46,476 bases of DNA, taken from IMG/VR virus record IMGVR_UViG_3300043690_000038, positions 1-46,476 of that record; one strand, 5' to 3'. A program made the position numbers and the translations under genes. The DNA is from a virus (lineage: Duplodnaviria > Caudoviricetes). The notes below the pieces were generated by a model that saw nothing but the letters and a program-made list of their open reading frames with translations, did not search any database and was not told the DNA's origin. Positions 17,989 through 25,613 of the stretch are shown piece after piece (the stretch's first letter is position 1; every line of letters begins with the position of its first letter).

Positions 17989-18327
17989 ATGGAACCGTAC
18001 GCCAAACTAGGCCGGCTATTAACAAAAATCGCGGCCAAAAACGCGGCCAAAAGGACTCGCCAAAAGGTCGCGCGCGGACGCCCCCCCGGCGGCGTCCGCC
18101 CGCCCCGTGCGGGAGGACGCAACCGGCTGCGGGCGGCGCGGGAGCGGCTGGGCCTTACCCAGCCGGAGCTCGCCCGCAGGCTCGGCTTAACCCGGCTCTA
18201 CGTCCAGGCGGTCGAAGTCGGCCGCCGGGGAGCTTCATACGCCACCATGGTCAGGTGGGCGCGCGAGCTCGGCGAGCCTTTGGAAATTTTTGCCCCCGAC
18301 GAAGGCTATAGCGATGCCGCAGAGTAG
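17989..18327 (+). CDS. Cro-like XRE HTH protein with basic N-terminal arm
   Basis: NRLRAARERLGLTQPELARRLGLTR.YV..VE.GRR; RGRP AT-hook-like motif; start at ATG 17989. Confidence 0.8.
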   Translation: MEPYAKLGRLLTKIAAKNAAKRTRQKVARGRPPGGVRPPRAGGRNRLRAARERLGLTQPELARRLGLTRLYVQAVEVGRRGASYATMVRWARELGEPLEIFAPDEGYSDAAE

Positions 18328-18757
18328 CGCGCTCAAAGCCCGCGAGCCGTGCGCGCCCCTGCAGCATGACCTGTTTGCGCGCCGGCCGCGCAGAGCGCCG
18401 CCAGCGCTAGAGTTCGCCACTCACGTCATGGTCGCCGAAATGCTCGACCGCTGGGCGTCGACGGGCTGGCGGTGGACGCACATCGCCTCGGGCGAGCTCC
18501 GCGACAAGGTCACCGCCGCCCGCTTGAAACGCATGGGCGTCAAGCCGGGCTGGCCAGACTTCATCCTGATCTCGAACTTGGGTGTGCCGCATTTCCTAGA
18601 ACTCAAGCGCCGCCGCAGGACACTGTCGCCGGCGCAAGAAGAGTTTGCCCGCTGGTGCGTGGAGACAGCGCTGCCGCACGCCGTATGCGACGGCTTCGAT
18701 AAGGCGCTCGCCGCCTTGAAAATGTGGGGCGCGCTTAGAGTGGAAGCGAGCGCATGA
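18314..18757 (+). CDS. VRR-NUC domain nuclease
   Basis: H..SGE.R....AARLKRMGVKPGWPD.I.....FLELK....LS.AQ..F. Confidence 0.85.
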   Translation: MPQSSALKAREPCAPLQHDLFARRPRRAPPALEFATHVMVAEMLDRWASTGWRWTHIASGELRDKVTAARLKRMGVKPGWPDFILISNLGVPHFLELKRRRRTLSPAQEEFARWCVETALPHAVCDGFDKALAALKMWGALRVEASA

Positions 18758-18888
18758 TCGAGCAGGATGAGCGGTTCCAGCAGAGCGAGTTCCGCTCGCT
18801 GCTTCTCTTGAACGACGTGCCGCATGCGGTGGCGACCGGCCGCGACGAGCCGATCGAATGGCTCAAGCGCTGGGGGGCGGTGCGGTGA
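18754..18888 (+). CDS. 44-aa ORF resembling a VRR-NUC C-terminus (remnant)
   Basis: MIEQDERFQQSEFRSLLLLNDVPHAVATGRDEPIEWLKRWGAVR aligns with Q..F......PHAV..G.D.....LK.WGA.R of the preceding gene; coupled both sides. Confidence 0.5.
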   Translation: MIEQDERFQQSEFRSLLLLNDVPHAVATGRDEPIEWLKRWGAVR

Positions 18889-19964
18889 ACGACGACGTCG
18901 CCGCCTACGACGCGCGCATCAATGCGCTGCGAAAGCAGATCGAGGCGGAGACCGACACGCGCAAGCTGGTTGGCCTCGTCGCTGCCGCCGACACCATTGA
19001 AGAGATGATGGCGAACGCCGGCTATCGCGAAAACACTGAGGCGATGCGTCCGGCCAACGAGGCGCGCTTCCTGGCGCGCTGGAAGCTCGGACGCGAACTG
19101 GCGAAGGTGGAGCGTGGGCACGGTCCCGGGCGCGGCAAAAAAGATGTCCCGAGCCGGGACACGTTTTTCCGCGCCTACCTCAAGGACCTCGGCCTCAATA
19201 AGAACCGCGCCAACGAATGCGAGCGCATCGGCGCTATACCTGACAACAAGCTGCCGAACGCTTTTGCGGAGGCCGCCAAGAGGGGCAGGCTCAACACGAT
19301 CAAGGACATGTTCAGCTTCGCCCGGCCATTCTGGAAGATTTCCGCGCGCAAGAAGAAGCACAAAGCGATTCATGCCGCCGCCGTTGCCGCCGCGACGGCT
19401 GCAGCGAAATTCGGCCCCTTCGCGCTCATCTATGCCGACCCGCCAACAAGCTTTGCTACCTATACCGAAGGAAGCTACCGCGGCCCGAACCAGCATTATC
19501 CGACGCTGTCATGGGAAGAGATTGAGAACTTCGCCATCGACGGCAAGCGCATCAGCGAGATCGCCCACGACGACGCCATGCTCTTTTTATGGTTGACGTC
19601 CTCCAACGTCCCGTTTGCGCTCAGGGTCATGGATGCGTGGGGCTTCCAGTTCAAGGCCAGCGCCGCGTGGGACAAAGGCGTTCCGGGGACGGGCCTCATC
19701 TTTCGCAACTATCATGAACTCCTGTTCTATGGCGCGCGCGGCAAGCCGCCGGGGCCGGTTTATCTCCCGCCTTCCCTGTTTCGCTATCCGCGGCGCGAGC
19801 ACAGCGCCAAGCCGCCGGAGATTCGCGGCGAGATCGAGCGCATGTACCCGGATTATGACGCCTCAACGCGATTGGAGCTCTTCTCCCGCGAGAACGCCAC
19901 AAGCGCGCCCGGGTGGACGCATGCCGGCCTCGAGGCCAACAAGACAATGATCGCAGCGGAGTGA
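18885..19964 (+). CDS. MT-A70 family N6-adenine methyltransferase with N-terminal helical domain
   Basis: IYADPPT, HYPTL..EEI, DA.LFLW, WGF, W.K, HE.L..G.RG, HS.KP, LELF.R motifs. Confidence 0.9.
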   Translation: MNDDVAAYDARINALRKQIEAETDTRKLVGLVAAADTIEEMMANAGYRENTEAMRPANEARFLARWKLGRELAKVERGHGPGRGKKDVPSRDTFFRAYLKDLGLNKNRANECERIGAIPDNKLPNAFAEAAKRGRLNTIKDMFSFARPFWKISARKKKHKAIHAAAVAAATAAAKFGPFALIYADPPTSFATYTEGSYRGPNQHYPTLSWEEIENFAIDGKRISEIAHDDAMLFLWLTSSNVPFALRVMDAWGFQFKASAAWDKGVPGTGLIFRNYHELLFYGARGKPPGPVYLPPSLFRYPRREHSAKPPEIRGEIERMYPDYDASTRLELFSRENATSAPGWTHAGLEANKTMIAAE

Positions 19965-19970
19965 CGGGAA

Positions 19971-20513
19971 ATGCCCGAACACAGCGCTACGGCCGGCAGC
20001 ATTATTCTCGAAAAGGCTTACGCGACCAGCAAGATGCTCGACAGCTCCGGCTGGAACGGCTTGCTGCGTCATAAGAGCACGCCTTCCGACGTCGACCATC
20101 CGCCGGTAGGATTGTGCTTCGACAACAACGGCAGGATTCTATTTTCCGACTTTTCCATCACATGCAGCAGTTGGGATGAAGTCGGACGAACGCTAAAAGG
20201 CCAGCGTTGGCTCTACGAGTCGCTGATCAAATACGCGCCGCATTGTGCGGTGATTTGCCGGCATCATGTGACGCCGGCCGAGCGTCGATACATCGACACC
20301 CTGCGGGACGTTGATCAATTTCAGGCGATGATCTGGGATTTTGAACCCGTGTTGTCGCCGATCTATGACGGAGCGTGGTGGCAGAGCTTTGTCACGATAT
20401 GGATGAACGAAAGCCGCGGCCCCCTACGGATTCGCCGGCATTTGCTCGGCCTCAAAATAGGGATGATTAAGCCGAAGGCGCCAACGATTCCACCCGAACC
20501 GGAGGCGTCATGA
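19971..20513 (+). CDS. Hypothetical protein, possibly degenerate PD-(D/E)XK fold
   Basis: TPSDVD...DNNG.ILF.DFS...GQ..LY..L pattern. Confidence 0.6.
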   Translation: MPEHSATAGSIILEKAYATSKMLDSSGWNGLLRHKSTPSDVDHPPVGLCFDNNGRILFSDFSITCSSWDEVGRTLKGQRWLYESLIKYAPHCAVICRHHVTPAERRYIDTLRDVDQFQAMIWDFEPVLSPIYDGAWWQSFVTIWMNESRGPLRIRRHLLGLKIGMIKPKAPTIPPEPEAS

Positions 20514-20689
20514 CCACCGAGCACGTCCCTCTCGAACAGCAGATCGCAGCGCTGCAGTTCGCGCTGGCCGTCCTTGCCGCCGCCCCGCGCAGGCTCACCG
20601 ACCAGGAACGACATCATTGGCTGCCGCGCCTCAGCGCGGCGCTCGAAACTCTTCGCACGCTCGAGTTCGGGCGCGCGACGCTCGGATAG
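20510..20689 (+). CDS. Hypothetical protein (59 aa, MTTEHVPLEQQIAAL...)
   Basis: GGAGG RBS, ATGA overlap; not in ORF track. Confidence 0.65.
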   Translation: MTTEHVPLEQQIAALQFALAVLAAAPRRLTDQERHHWLPRLSAALETLRTLEFGRATLG

Positions 20690-20706
20690 GGAGGAGAAAG
20701 GAAAGG

Positions 20707-21026
20707 CTCTGAAACCGAGCGGCGCAGCACCGAAGCGCTGCGCCGCCGCTATAGGGGAACGATACTAGTCAGCTCCCCTATAGCAGGAAACCAACACACT
20801 TTGAAGACGCAAGTTTTCAGAGACCGGGAGTGCTTTGCCCGACGCCGACCGGCGATTGGACGCCCTTGCCCTGTGATCATGAGGGGGAAGGGGGTGCCCT
20901 ATAGTCCGCTAATGTTCGTAGGTTCGGATGACGTGTAGAAACGTAGCTTAGCAGTAAACTGACCTCTGTTGCAGGCCCTGATTAGCCGTCAACGCTAATC
21001 GTTAGCTGTATAGGGCCTATACCCTC
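20707..21026 (+). ncRNA. Highly structured non-coding locus (ncRNA or replication origin)
   Basis: Nested perfect stems: 20707-14/20815-22, 20719-28/20737-46, 20748-58/20774-84, 20896-903/21009-16, 20980-86/20994-21000; no credible ORF; strand assumed from operon direction. Confidence 0.55.
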
Positions 21027-21036
21027 GGGATGTGAA

Positions 21037-21273
21037 ATGTATGAACGATCGGACGAGAACATCGAGGCGACGCTGCGCAATGGCCCGTTCGAGGAGATCG
21101 AGCGCGTGTCGGACTTGGCGTCAAGCTATTCGCGCTCGACCGGCGAGGCGGCCCACCGCGGCGACGAGACGACGATGGTCGTGTCGCTGAAGCAGCTAAG
21201 GCTGTGCGTCCTACACATGATCCAGGTTTATAAGAATTTCATGGAACGCGGCGATGACGGACATCCAGGATGA
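21037..21273 (+). CDS. Hypothetical protein
   Basis: 78 aa, first ORF after the structured locus. Confidence 0.65.
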   Translation: MYERSDENIEATLRNGPFEEIERVSDLASSYSRSTGEAAHRGDETTMVVSLKQLRLCVLHMIQVYKNFMERGDDGHPG

Positions 21274-21514
21274 GTTCGATCTCAACCAGTTGCTCGATTG
21301 CTGCCGGCGGGAACTGGCGCTGCGGCGGTTTGTCTATGCGAAGCGGGTCGGCGATGGAAAGATGAGCGAGAAGAAGGCGCAGCGCGAGCTCGAGCTCATG
21401 CAGCAGGTGGTGGACTATTTCATCGACGCCATTTTCCGCCATGTCACCGGGCAAGGACGGCCGCCGAGCAAGGCGCGGGACTGGCGCAACGAGACCAACA
21501 AAAAGGTTATTTGA
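21254..21514 (+). CDS. Phage protein of unknown function
   Basis: C..RELALRR.VY..RV..GKMS...A.RE...M helical-hairpin motif common in phages. Confidence 0.8.
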   Translation: MTDIQDEFDLNQLLDCCRRELALRRFVYAKRVGDGKMSEKKAQRELELMQQVVDYFIDAIFRHVTGQGRPPSKARDWRNETNKKVI

Positions 21515-21582
21515 CATGGTCGCGCCCGGCGCGTCACAGTTTCGCGACCAGGGGGACTACGCTTTTCGAGAGGAGGCCATCG

Positions 21583-21840
21583 TTGGCAACGAGAGCGACA
21601 GCCCTGATGGAGCCGGTAAGGCGGCGGGCGGATTCTTCGGGGGCGCTCAATTTTATTCGCGCATTGGGACGCGCGCTCGGCCGCGGGCGCGAGGTCAGCC
21701 TCGAGATGGCGGCCGATGGCGCGGTCTTGGAGACGCGCGAGTATCCGTCGATGGGCGAATATCTCATGGCGAAGATGCAGATCCGGGTGCTCGAGGCGAT
21801 GGCCGCCGAGGACTTGCGCGGCCGTGCCGAGTATGACTGA
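21583..21840 (+). CDS. Hypothetical protein (85 aa)
   Basis: TTG start 6 nt after GAGGAGG; stop overlaps next gene. Confidence 0.55.
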   Translation: MATRATALMEPVRRRADSSGALNFIRALGRALGRGREVSLEMAADGAVLETREYPSMGEYLMAKMQIRVLEAMAAEDLRGRAEYD

Positions 21841-22369
21841 GCAGCCGTTCGAGCTTGTTGCGGCGCACGATTACGCGACGCTGATGGGAGCGTTGCGCAC
21901 GCGCAAGGAGCATCTAGGCTTGACCAATCTCGAGATCGAGCGCGCCGGCGGGCTGCCCGACGGCTACGCCGGCAAATTGTTCGCCGCCGGCAAGCACGCG
22001 CGCTGCTTGGGTCTGCGCTCGATTGGCGGCATGCTGGCGGCGCTCGAGGTCCGGCTGATCGTGGTCCCGGTCGAACGGAGAGGTGCTCCGTTGCCCGCAA
22101 ACGCCGTGCCGTTCGCGTCGATCGCGGTCGGCGGGCGAAAAACATTGCGTCAGCAATGGGGCCGAATGGGTGGAATTAAGGGCGCGTGCCTGATGACCAA
22201 GGCGGCGCGTAGCCGAATTGCGCAGATGGGCGGCAAGGCCTCCGGCGAGGCGCGGCGACGGCGCAAGGCCGTCACATTGGCGTTAGAAACGCGCGAGCGT
22301 AAGGGCGTTGCGCGCTCGTTGAAAGGCGGCGCTTCTCATCGCGTGTCCAATCGGGGAGCCAAGCCATGA
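21833..22369 (+). CDS. HTH-like DNA-binding protein with basic GG-repeat tail; candidate late activator
   Basis: LR.RKE.LGLT..EIE..GGLPDGY.GKL XRE-like pattern; GRMGG/AQMGG basic C-terminus; last regulator-like gene before late region. Confidence 0.65.
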   Translation: MTEQPFELVAAHDYATLMGALRTRKEHLGLTNLEIERAGGLPDGYAGKLFAAGKHARCLGLRSIGGMLAALEVRLIVVPVERRGAPLPANAVPFASIAVGGRKTLRQQWGRMGGIKGACLMTKAARSRIAQMGGKASGEARRRRKAVTLALETRERKGVARSLKGGASHRVSNRGAKP

Positions 22370-23061
22370 GATTGATCCTGCCTTTCGTCTTCGCCGCCGC
22401 GTTCGGGGTTTCGCCGGCTTACGCCGAGAACGTCGCGATCGGCATCGACAACGCCGCGGCGAGCGGCGACTTGCAGACCGCAACCGGGACCGGCGTGACC
22501 ACGCTCACGACCGTCAACCTGAACGGCGTCACCATCACCGGCGTGGTCGGCCAACGCGAAACCGGGCCGAATGAAGTTTCGGGCGGCGAGTTCTTTATCA
22601 ACAACACGACTGGGAGCACCCAGACGATCGACTTCGCGGTTGGCGCGATCGGCTATCTCGGGCCGGACAAGAGATACTCGCAGAGCGCGACGATCAACCT
22701 GGCTTCGGGCTCGGCTGATTTCGCCGGCCAGTATTATGTCGACGCGCTCGATCGCCAGATGGGCAAGGACGCGACGACCACGTTCGGCGTCGAGAATGCG
22801 CTGTTCGACTCGGGTTCGCTGACCGGGCCGCATGCGTTCTCGTTCAACAACGTCGCCTTCACGCCGGGCTCGGGGTCGCTCTATTCGATGGGCGAGACGC
22901 TCGAGCTCACGCTCAGCCCCGGCGCGTCGGTCACGGTCGATGGCATATCGATGACCGCGTCGGCCATTCCAGAGCCGTCGACCTGGGCGATGCTGCTCAT
23001 CGGGTTTATCGGCTTGGCATGGGCCGCCACGGGCCGCAGGCGGGCCAGGGAGGCGTTTTAG
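22366..23061 (+). CDS. Secreted PEP-CTERM (PEPxxWA-type) sorting-domain protein
   Basis: Signal peptide ending AYA; beta-rich Thr/Gly/Ser body; C-terminal IPEPSTWAMLLIGFIGLAWAATGRRR. Confidence 0.9.
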   Translation: MRLILPFVFAAAFGVSPAYAENVAIGIDNAAASGDLQTATGTGVTTLTTVNLNGVTITGVVGQRETGPNEVSGGEFFINNTTGSTQTIDFAVGAIGYLGPDKRYSQSATINLASGSADFAGQYYVDALDRQMGKDATTTFGVENALFDSGSLTGPHAFSFNNVAFTPGSGSLYSMGETLELTLSPGASVTVDGISMTASAIPEPSTWAMLLIGFIGLAWAATGRRRAREAF

Positions 23062-23255
23062 GGCGGCGCAGTCGGGCGCTCACGGAGACGCTTGCGCGCC
23101 TCGTCCCGCTCGCGCTGCGCTTGCGCGAGCGCGTCGAGCAGGGCGACCATGGATGGGACAGCGATGTGCAGATATGCTTGACCATCTGGCGAGAGTCGGA
23201 GCTCCGTCTCCGCAATCGCCCGCAGCCGGTCCAGTTCTTCGGGGGAGATGGTCAT
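23058..23255 (-). CDS. Hypothetical protein
   Basis: 65 aa helical, MTISPEELDRLRAIAE...P..ALLD.L...QRERDEAR (Ead/Ea22-like pattern). Confidence 0.6.
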   Translation of the reverse strand: MTISPEELDRLRAIAETELRLSPDGQAYLHIAVPSMVALLDALAQAQRERDEARKRLRERPTAPP

Positions 23256-23372
23256 AGGCGCTGCCCTGCGGCTTTGAGGTTATTGACCTTGCCTTCGATC
23301 ATGGCCGCGGCCCGCCGAGCGACAAAAGCCGCCGGCGGGCCTCTAATGCGGTTTAAACGATGGTCGGGCCGG

Positions 23373-23540
23373 TCATGAGTGGAACAGCCAAAAGCGGCCG
23401 ATCGCCACGCCAACGCCAAGGGCCGCGGCCACGGCGAGCACAAGCTGGACGCGGTTTTCCATGCGGATTTCCTGCCGGAGCCGTTCGATTTGAATGGCCA
23501 TAAGATCGATCCTCAATTGGCGTTCGTCGTCGTCGCTCAT
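23373..23540 (-). CDS. 55-aa membrane protein (MSDDDERQLRIDLMAIQIERLRQEIRMENRVQLVLAVAAALGVGVAIGRFWLFHS)
   Basis: ATGA overlap with HTH gene; coiled-coil plus C-terminal TM; paralogous to 23749..23985; not in ORF track. Confidence 0.65.
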   Translation of the reverse strand: MSDDDERQLRIDLMAIQIERLRQEIRMENRVQLVLAVAAALGVGVAIGRFWLFHS

Positions 23541-23752
23541 GACTTGATGCCGAGTTCGCGCCGCACGTTGGCGTGCTTGATGGCCATCTGGACTAAGAGC
23601 GCGATCGGCGGCGGGATAGCGTGCGGGCGGCCGTTGCGCTCGCCTTGCTCCCAGCCGCCGACGGCGCGCAAGGAAACTGCGAAGGCCTTGGCGAATTGCG
23701 CTTGCGTGAGTCCGAGAGACTCGCGTGCGCTCTTGAGTTCTTGCGGGTTCAT
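23537..23752 (-). CDS. Small XRE HTH regulator (antitoxin-like)
   Basis: MNPQELKSARESLGLTQAQFA....VS.R.V..WE.G....IP; ATGA-coupled start at 23752. Confidence 0.85.
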   Translation of the reverse strand: MNPQELKSARESLGLTQAQFAKAFAVSLRAVGGWEQGERNGRPHAIPPPIALLVQMAIKHANVRRELGIKS

Positions 23753-23985
23753 TTGGGCGCCTGCTGTGGTAATTGGATGATAATAGGCGCCGGCGGATTT
23801 TCGCGCCCCAAGCGAAAGCCGAGATATCCGGTAAAGGCGCCGAACCCGCTTAACGCTGCGGCGATTGCTGCGGCTAGCAAGGCGACATTCTTTGGCGTTT
23901 CCCAACTCACTTGCTTACGCCGCAATTGAATGTCGGCCATCAAAAGCTCCTGTTTCAGCGTGGCTTCTTCGTCGCTAGTCATCAT
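23749..23985 (-). CDS. 78-aa membrane protein
   Basis: Coiled-coil, WE.P, TM helix, Pro-rich tail; directly after own promoter. Confidence 0.75.
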   Translation of the reverse strand: MMTSDEEATLKQELLMADIQLRRKQVSWETPKNVALLAAAIAAALSGFGAFTGYLGFRLGRENPPAPIIIQLPQQAPK

Positions 23986-23996
23986 GTCTATTCCCC

Positions 23997-24045
23997 AATG
24001 TGGCCACGATGGCCTAGCTTGTCAAATGGCTAGGCCATCGTGGCC
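23997..24045 (-). promoter_or_regulatory. Promoter embedded in a 17-bp perfect inverted repeat (two operators)
   Basis: Arms 24002-24018 and 24029-24045 (GGCCACGATGGCCTAGC); TTGACA in the loop (24025-24020), 17 nt, CACATT. Confidence 0.75.
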
Positions 24046-24054
24046 TGAATGGAA

Positions 24055-24348
24055 CTACGCAGCTTCGGCGAGCTCTTCCTCGAGGGCGAGGCCTTCGAGG
24101 AAGGCGACGGCCTTGCTAGCGGCCGCAGCGGCGGTCACAATCGCCTTTTCGTGCTCGCCCAAAAGCTTGATCCAGGTTTCGATATAGGCCGCGGGCGCCT
24201 CGCCCATATCGATGCCGAACTCCGCGCAAACGAATGCGGCGGTTAGCTCGGCGATGAGCTCTTCGGCCGCGTAGGAGCGATCGCCGAAGCGGCCTCTCAG
24301 ATCGCGGTCAAGCCGCGTCTTCGCGGCCACAATGGCTACAGTGATCAC
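24055..24348 (-). pseudogene. ardC: C-terminal fragment of ArdC-like antirestriction protein (zincin-like domain)
   Basis: RL.RDL.GRFG...YA.EELIAEL.AAF.CAE.GI...AAYI..W..LL....AI..AA..A.KAV; HExxH motif and ssDNA-binding domain missing. Confidence 0.75.
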
Positions 24349-24384
24349 GAATTGTTAACGGGCTTAGTTATGAGACTGAGAGCA

Positions 24385-24412
24385 TTGACATGGCTCCGCG
24401 CGCGCGTAAGAT
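24385..24412 (+). promoter_or_regulatory. Sigma70-type promoter, likely leaderless transcript
   Basis: TTGACA-16 nt-TAAGAT, 7 nt before ATG 24420; preceded by TGAGACTGAG (24371-24380). Confidence 0.65.
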
Positions 24413-24419
24413 CGGTGTT

Positions 24420-24884
24420 ATGTCATTGATCGAAAATGATAAACCGCTCACAGCGATCACAGACAAGCATCGCCGCGTCGCCGCGCTCATGGTCTATGGC
24501 GTTGACGGCCGCATGGCGGAAAGGCACGGCCTCGAGCCAGGCAAGCCGCTGGCGCCCCAGACCTGCGCCGACTACCTTGGCGTCCGCCGCGCCTATGTCC
24601 GAAACCTATTGGCCGACCCGCTGTTTCGCGCCGAAATGACGCAAATGCTCGCCGCCAAGCGCTTAGGCTATATGCCGCACGCCCTCGAGCGAGTCCGCGA
24701 GCTCACAGACTCTGACAACGAAGGCGTGGCGTTGCGCGCCAGCGAGACAATGCTCGGAGAACGCCAGGGCTCTGGAACAACCGTCAACGTCCATCAAACC
24801 AACGTGAACGCCACAGCTATCCGCCCCGGCTATGTCGTGAGACTGCCGCCGGACCTTACCCCAAACACAACGCCAGACCCTTAA
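24420..24884 (+). CDS. Putative terminase small subunit
   Basis: HTH-like N-terminus (ADYLGVRRAYVRNLL.DP.F), helical core (V.LRA...ML), beta C-terminus (TTVNVHQTNVN); upstream of TerL. Confidence 0.6.
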   Translation: MSLIENDKPLTAITDKHRRVAALMVYGVDGRMAERHGLEPGKPLAPQTCADYLGVRRAYVRNLLADPLFRAEMTQMLAAKRLGYMPHALERVRELTDSDNEGVALRASETMLGERQGSGTTVNVHQTNVNATAIRPGYVVRLPPDLTPNTTPDP

Positions 24885-24888
24885 TCCT

Positions 24889-25077
24889 ATGTGGCCACGA
24901 AGAGCCGAAGAACGAACGAGACTGCAGGAACTGCGCCCAGCGCAATTGGTCGCAGAAATCGACACAATGGAAATCGAACTCAACAGACTCAGAAGCCAAC
25001 GAGACCATTTCATGGAAAGGACGGAGTTGCTCACCGCCGCTATCGTCAAGATCAGCCGCATCCTCGATCAGCCATGA
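24889..25077 (+). CDS. Hypothetical coiled-coil protein
   Basis: 62 aa heptad pattern. Confidence 0.5.
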   Translation: MWPRRAEERTRLQELRPAQLVAEIDTMEIELNRLRSQRDHFMERTELLTAAIVKISRILDQP

Positions 25078-25544
25078 CACGCCAGGTTCCCCCACAGGCG
25101 CCCGCAGTCCTCGAGCCTAGCCGCAACCCCCATAAACCCTACCGCTATAGGCGCAATTTATCCTGCCCTATATAGCGCACGGTTTTCCGCGGGTTTTCTG
25201 GCGCGCGCGCCTCTGTGAAATAGGCGTTTGGCGCAATTGCTCGGCTTGTCGCAATTTGCTGGCGTTTCGTTGCGCATATCGTTGCGCGCATAGCCTAACG
25301 CATTGATATCGCACAGCATACGCTCTCGTTGCCAACGATGGCGCATGCCAGTTTCGCGCCGTTTCGCGGCCTGGAACGGGCTCGAGACCACCCCAGACGC
25401 AAGGCATTCCGGCCACTACCCCGGGGGGCATGCCAGGGGGCGAAAATTGGCCGCTTCGTCGCGCGCGCTCCTACCCCTCCCGCGATTTTTGGCTGGAATT
25501 TTTTGGCCTGGGCGTGGGCGCCTTTGGGGTAACTTTCGCTTGCG

Positions 25545-25612
25545 ATGAGACTAGTCTCATGTGAGACTGAGACTGAGACTGAGACTGAGACTGAGACTGA
25601 GACTGGTGAGAC
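25545..25612 (+). repeat. 16-bp palindrome ATGAGACTAGTCTCAT plus (TGAGAC)7 tandem array and one further copy
   Basis: Palindrome 25545-25560; array 25562-25603; extra unit 25607-25612. Confidence 0.95.
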
Positions 25613-25613
25613 T

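Noticed and set aside
20574-20768. 64-aa ORF running into the structured region
   Set aside because: No RBS, overlaps a better-supported 59-aa ORF, and its sequence is explained by the hairpins
25545-25612. CRISPR array
   Set aside because: Contiguous 6-bp units with no spacers and no cas genes
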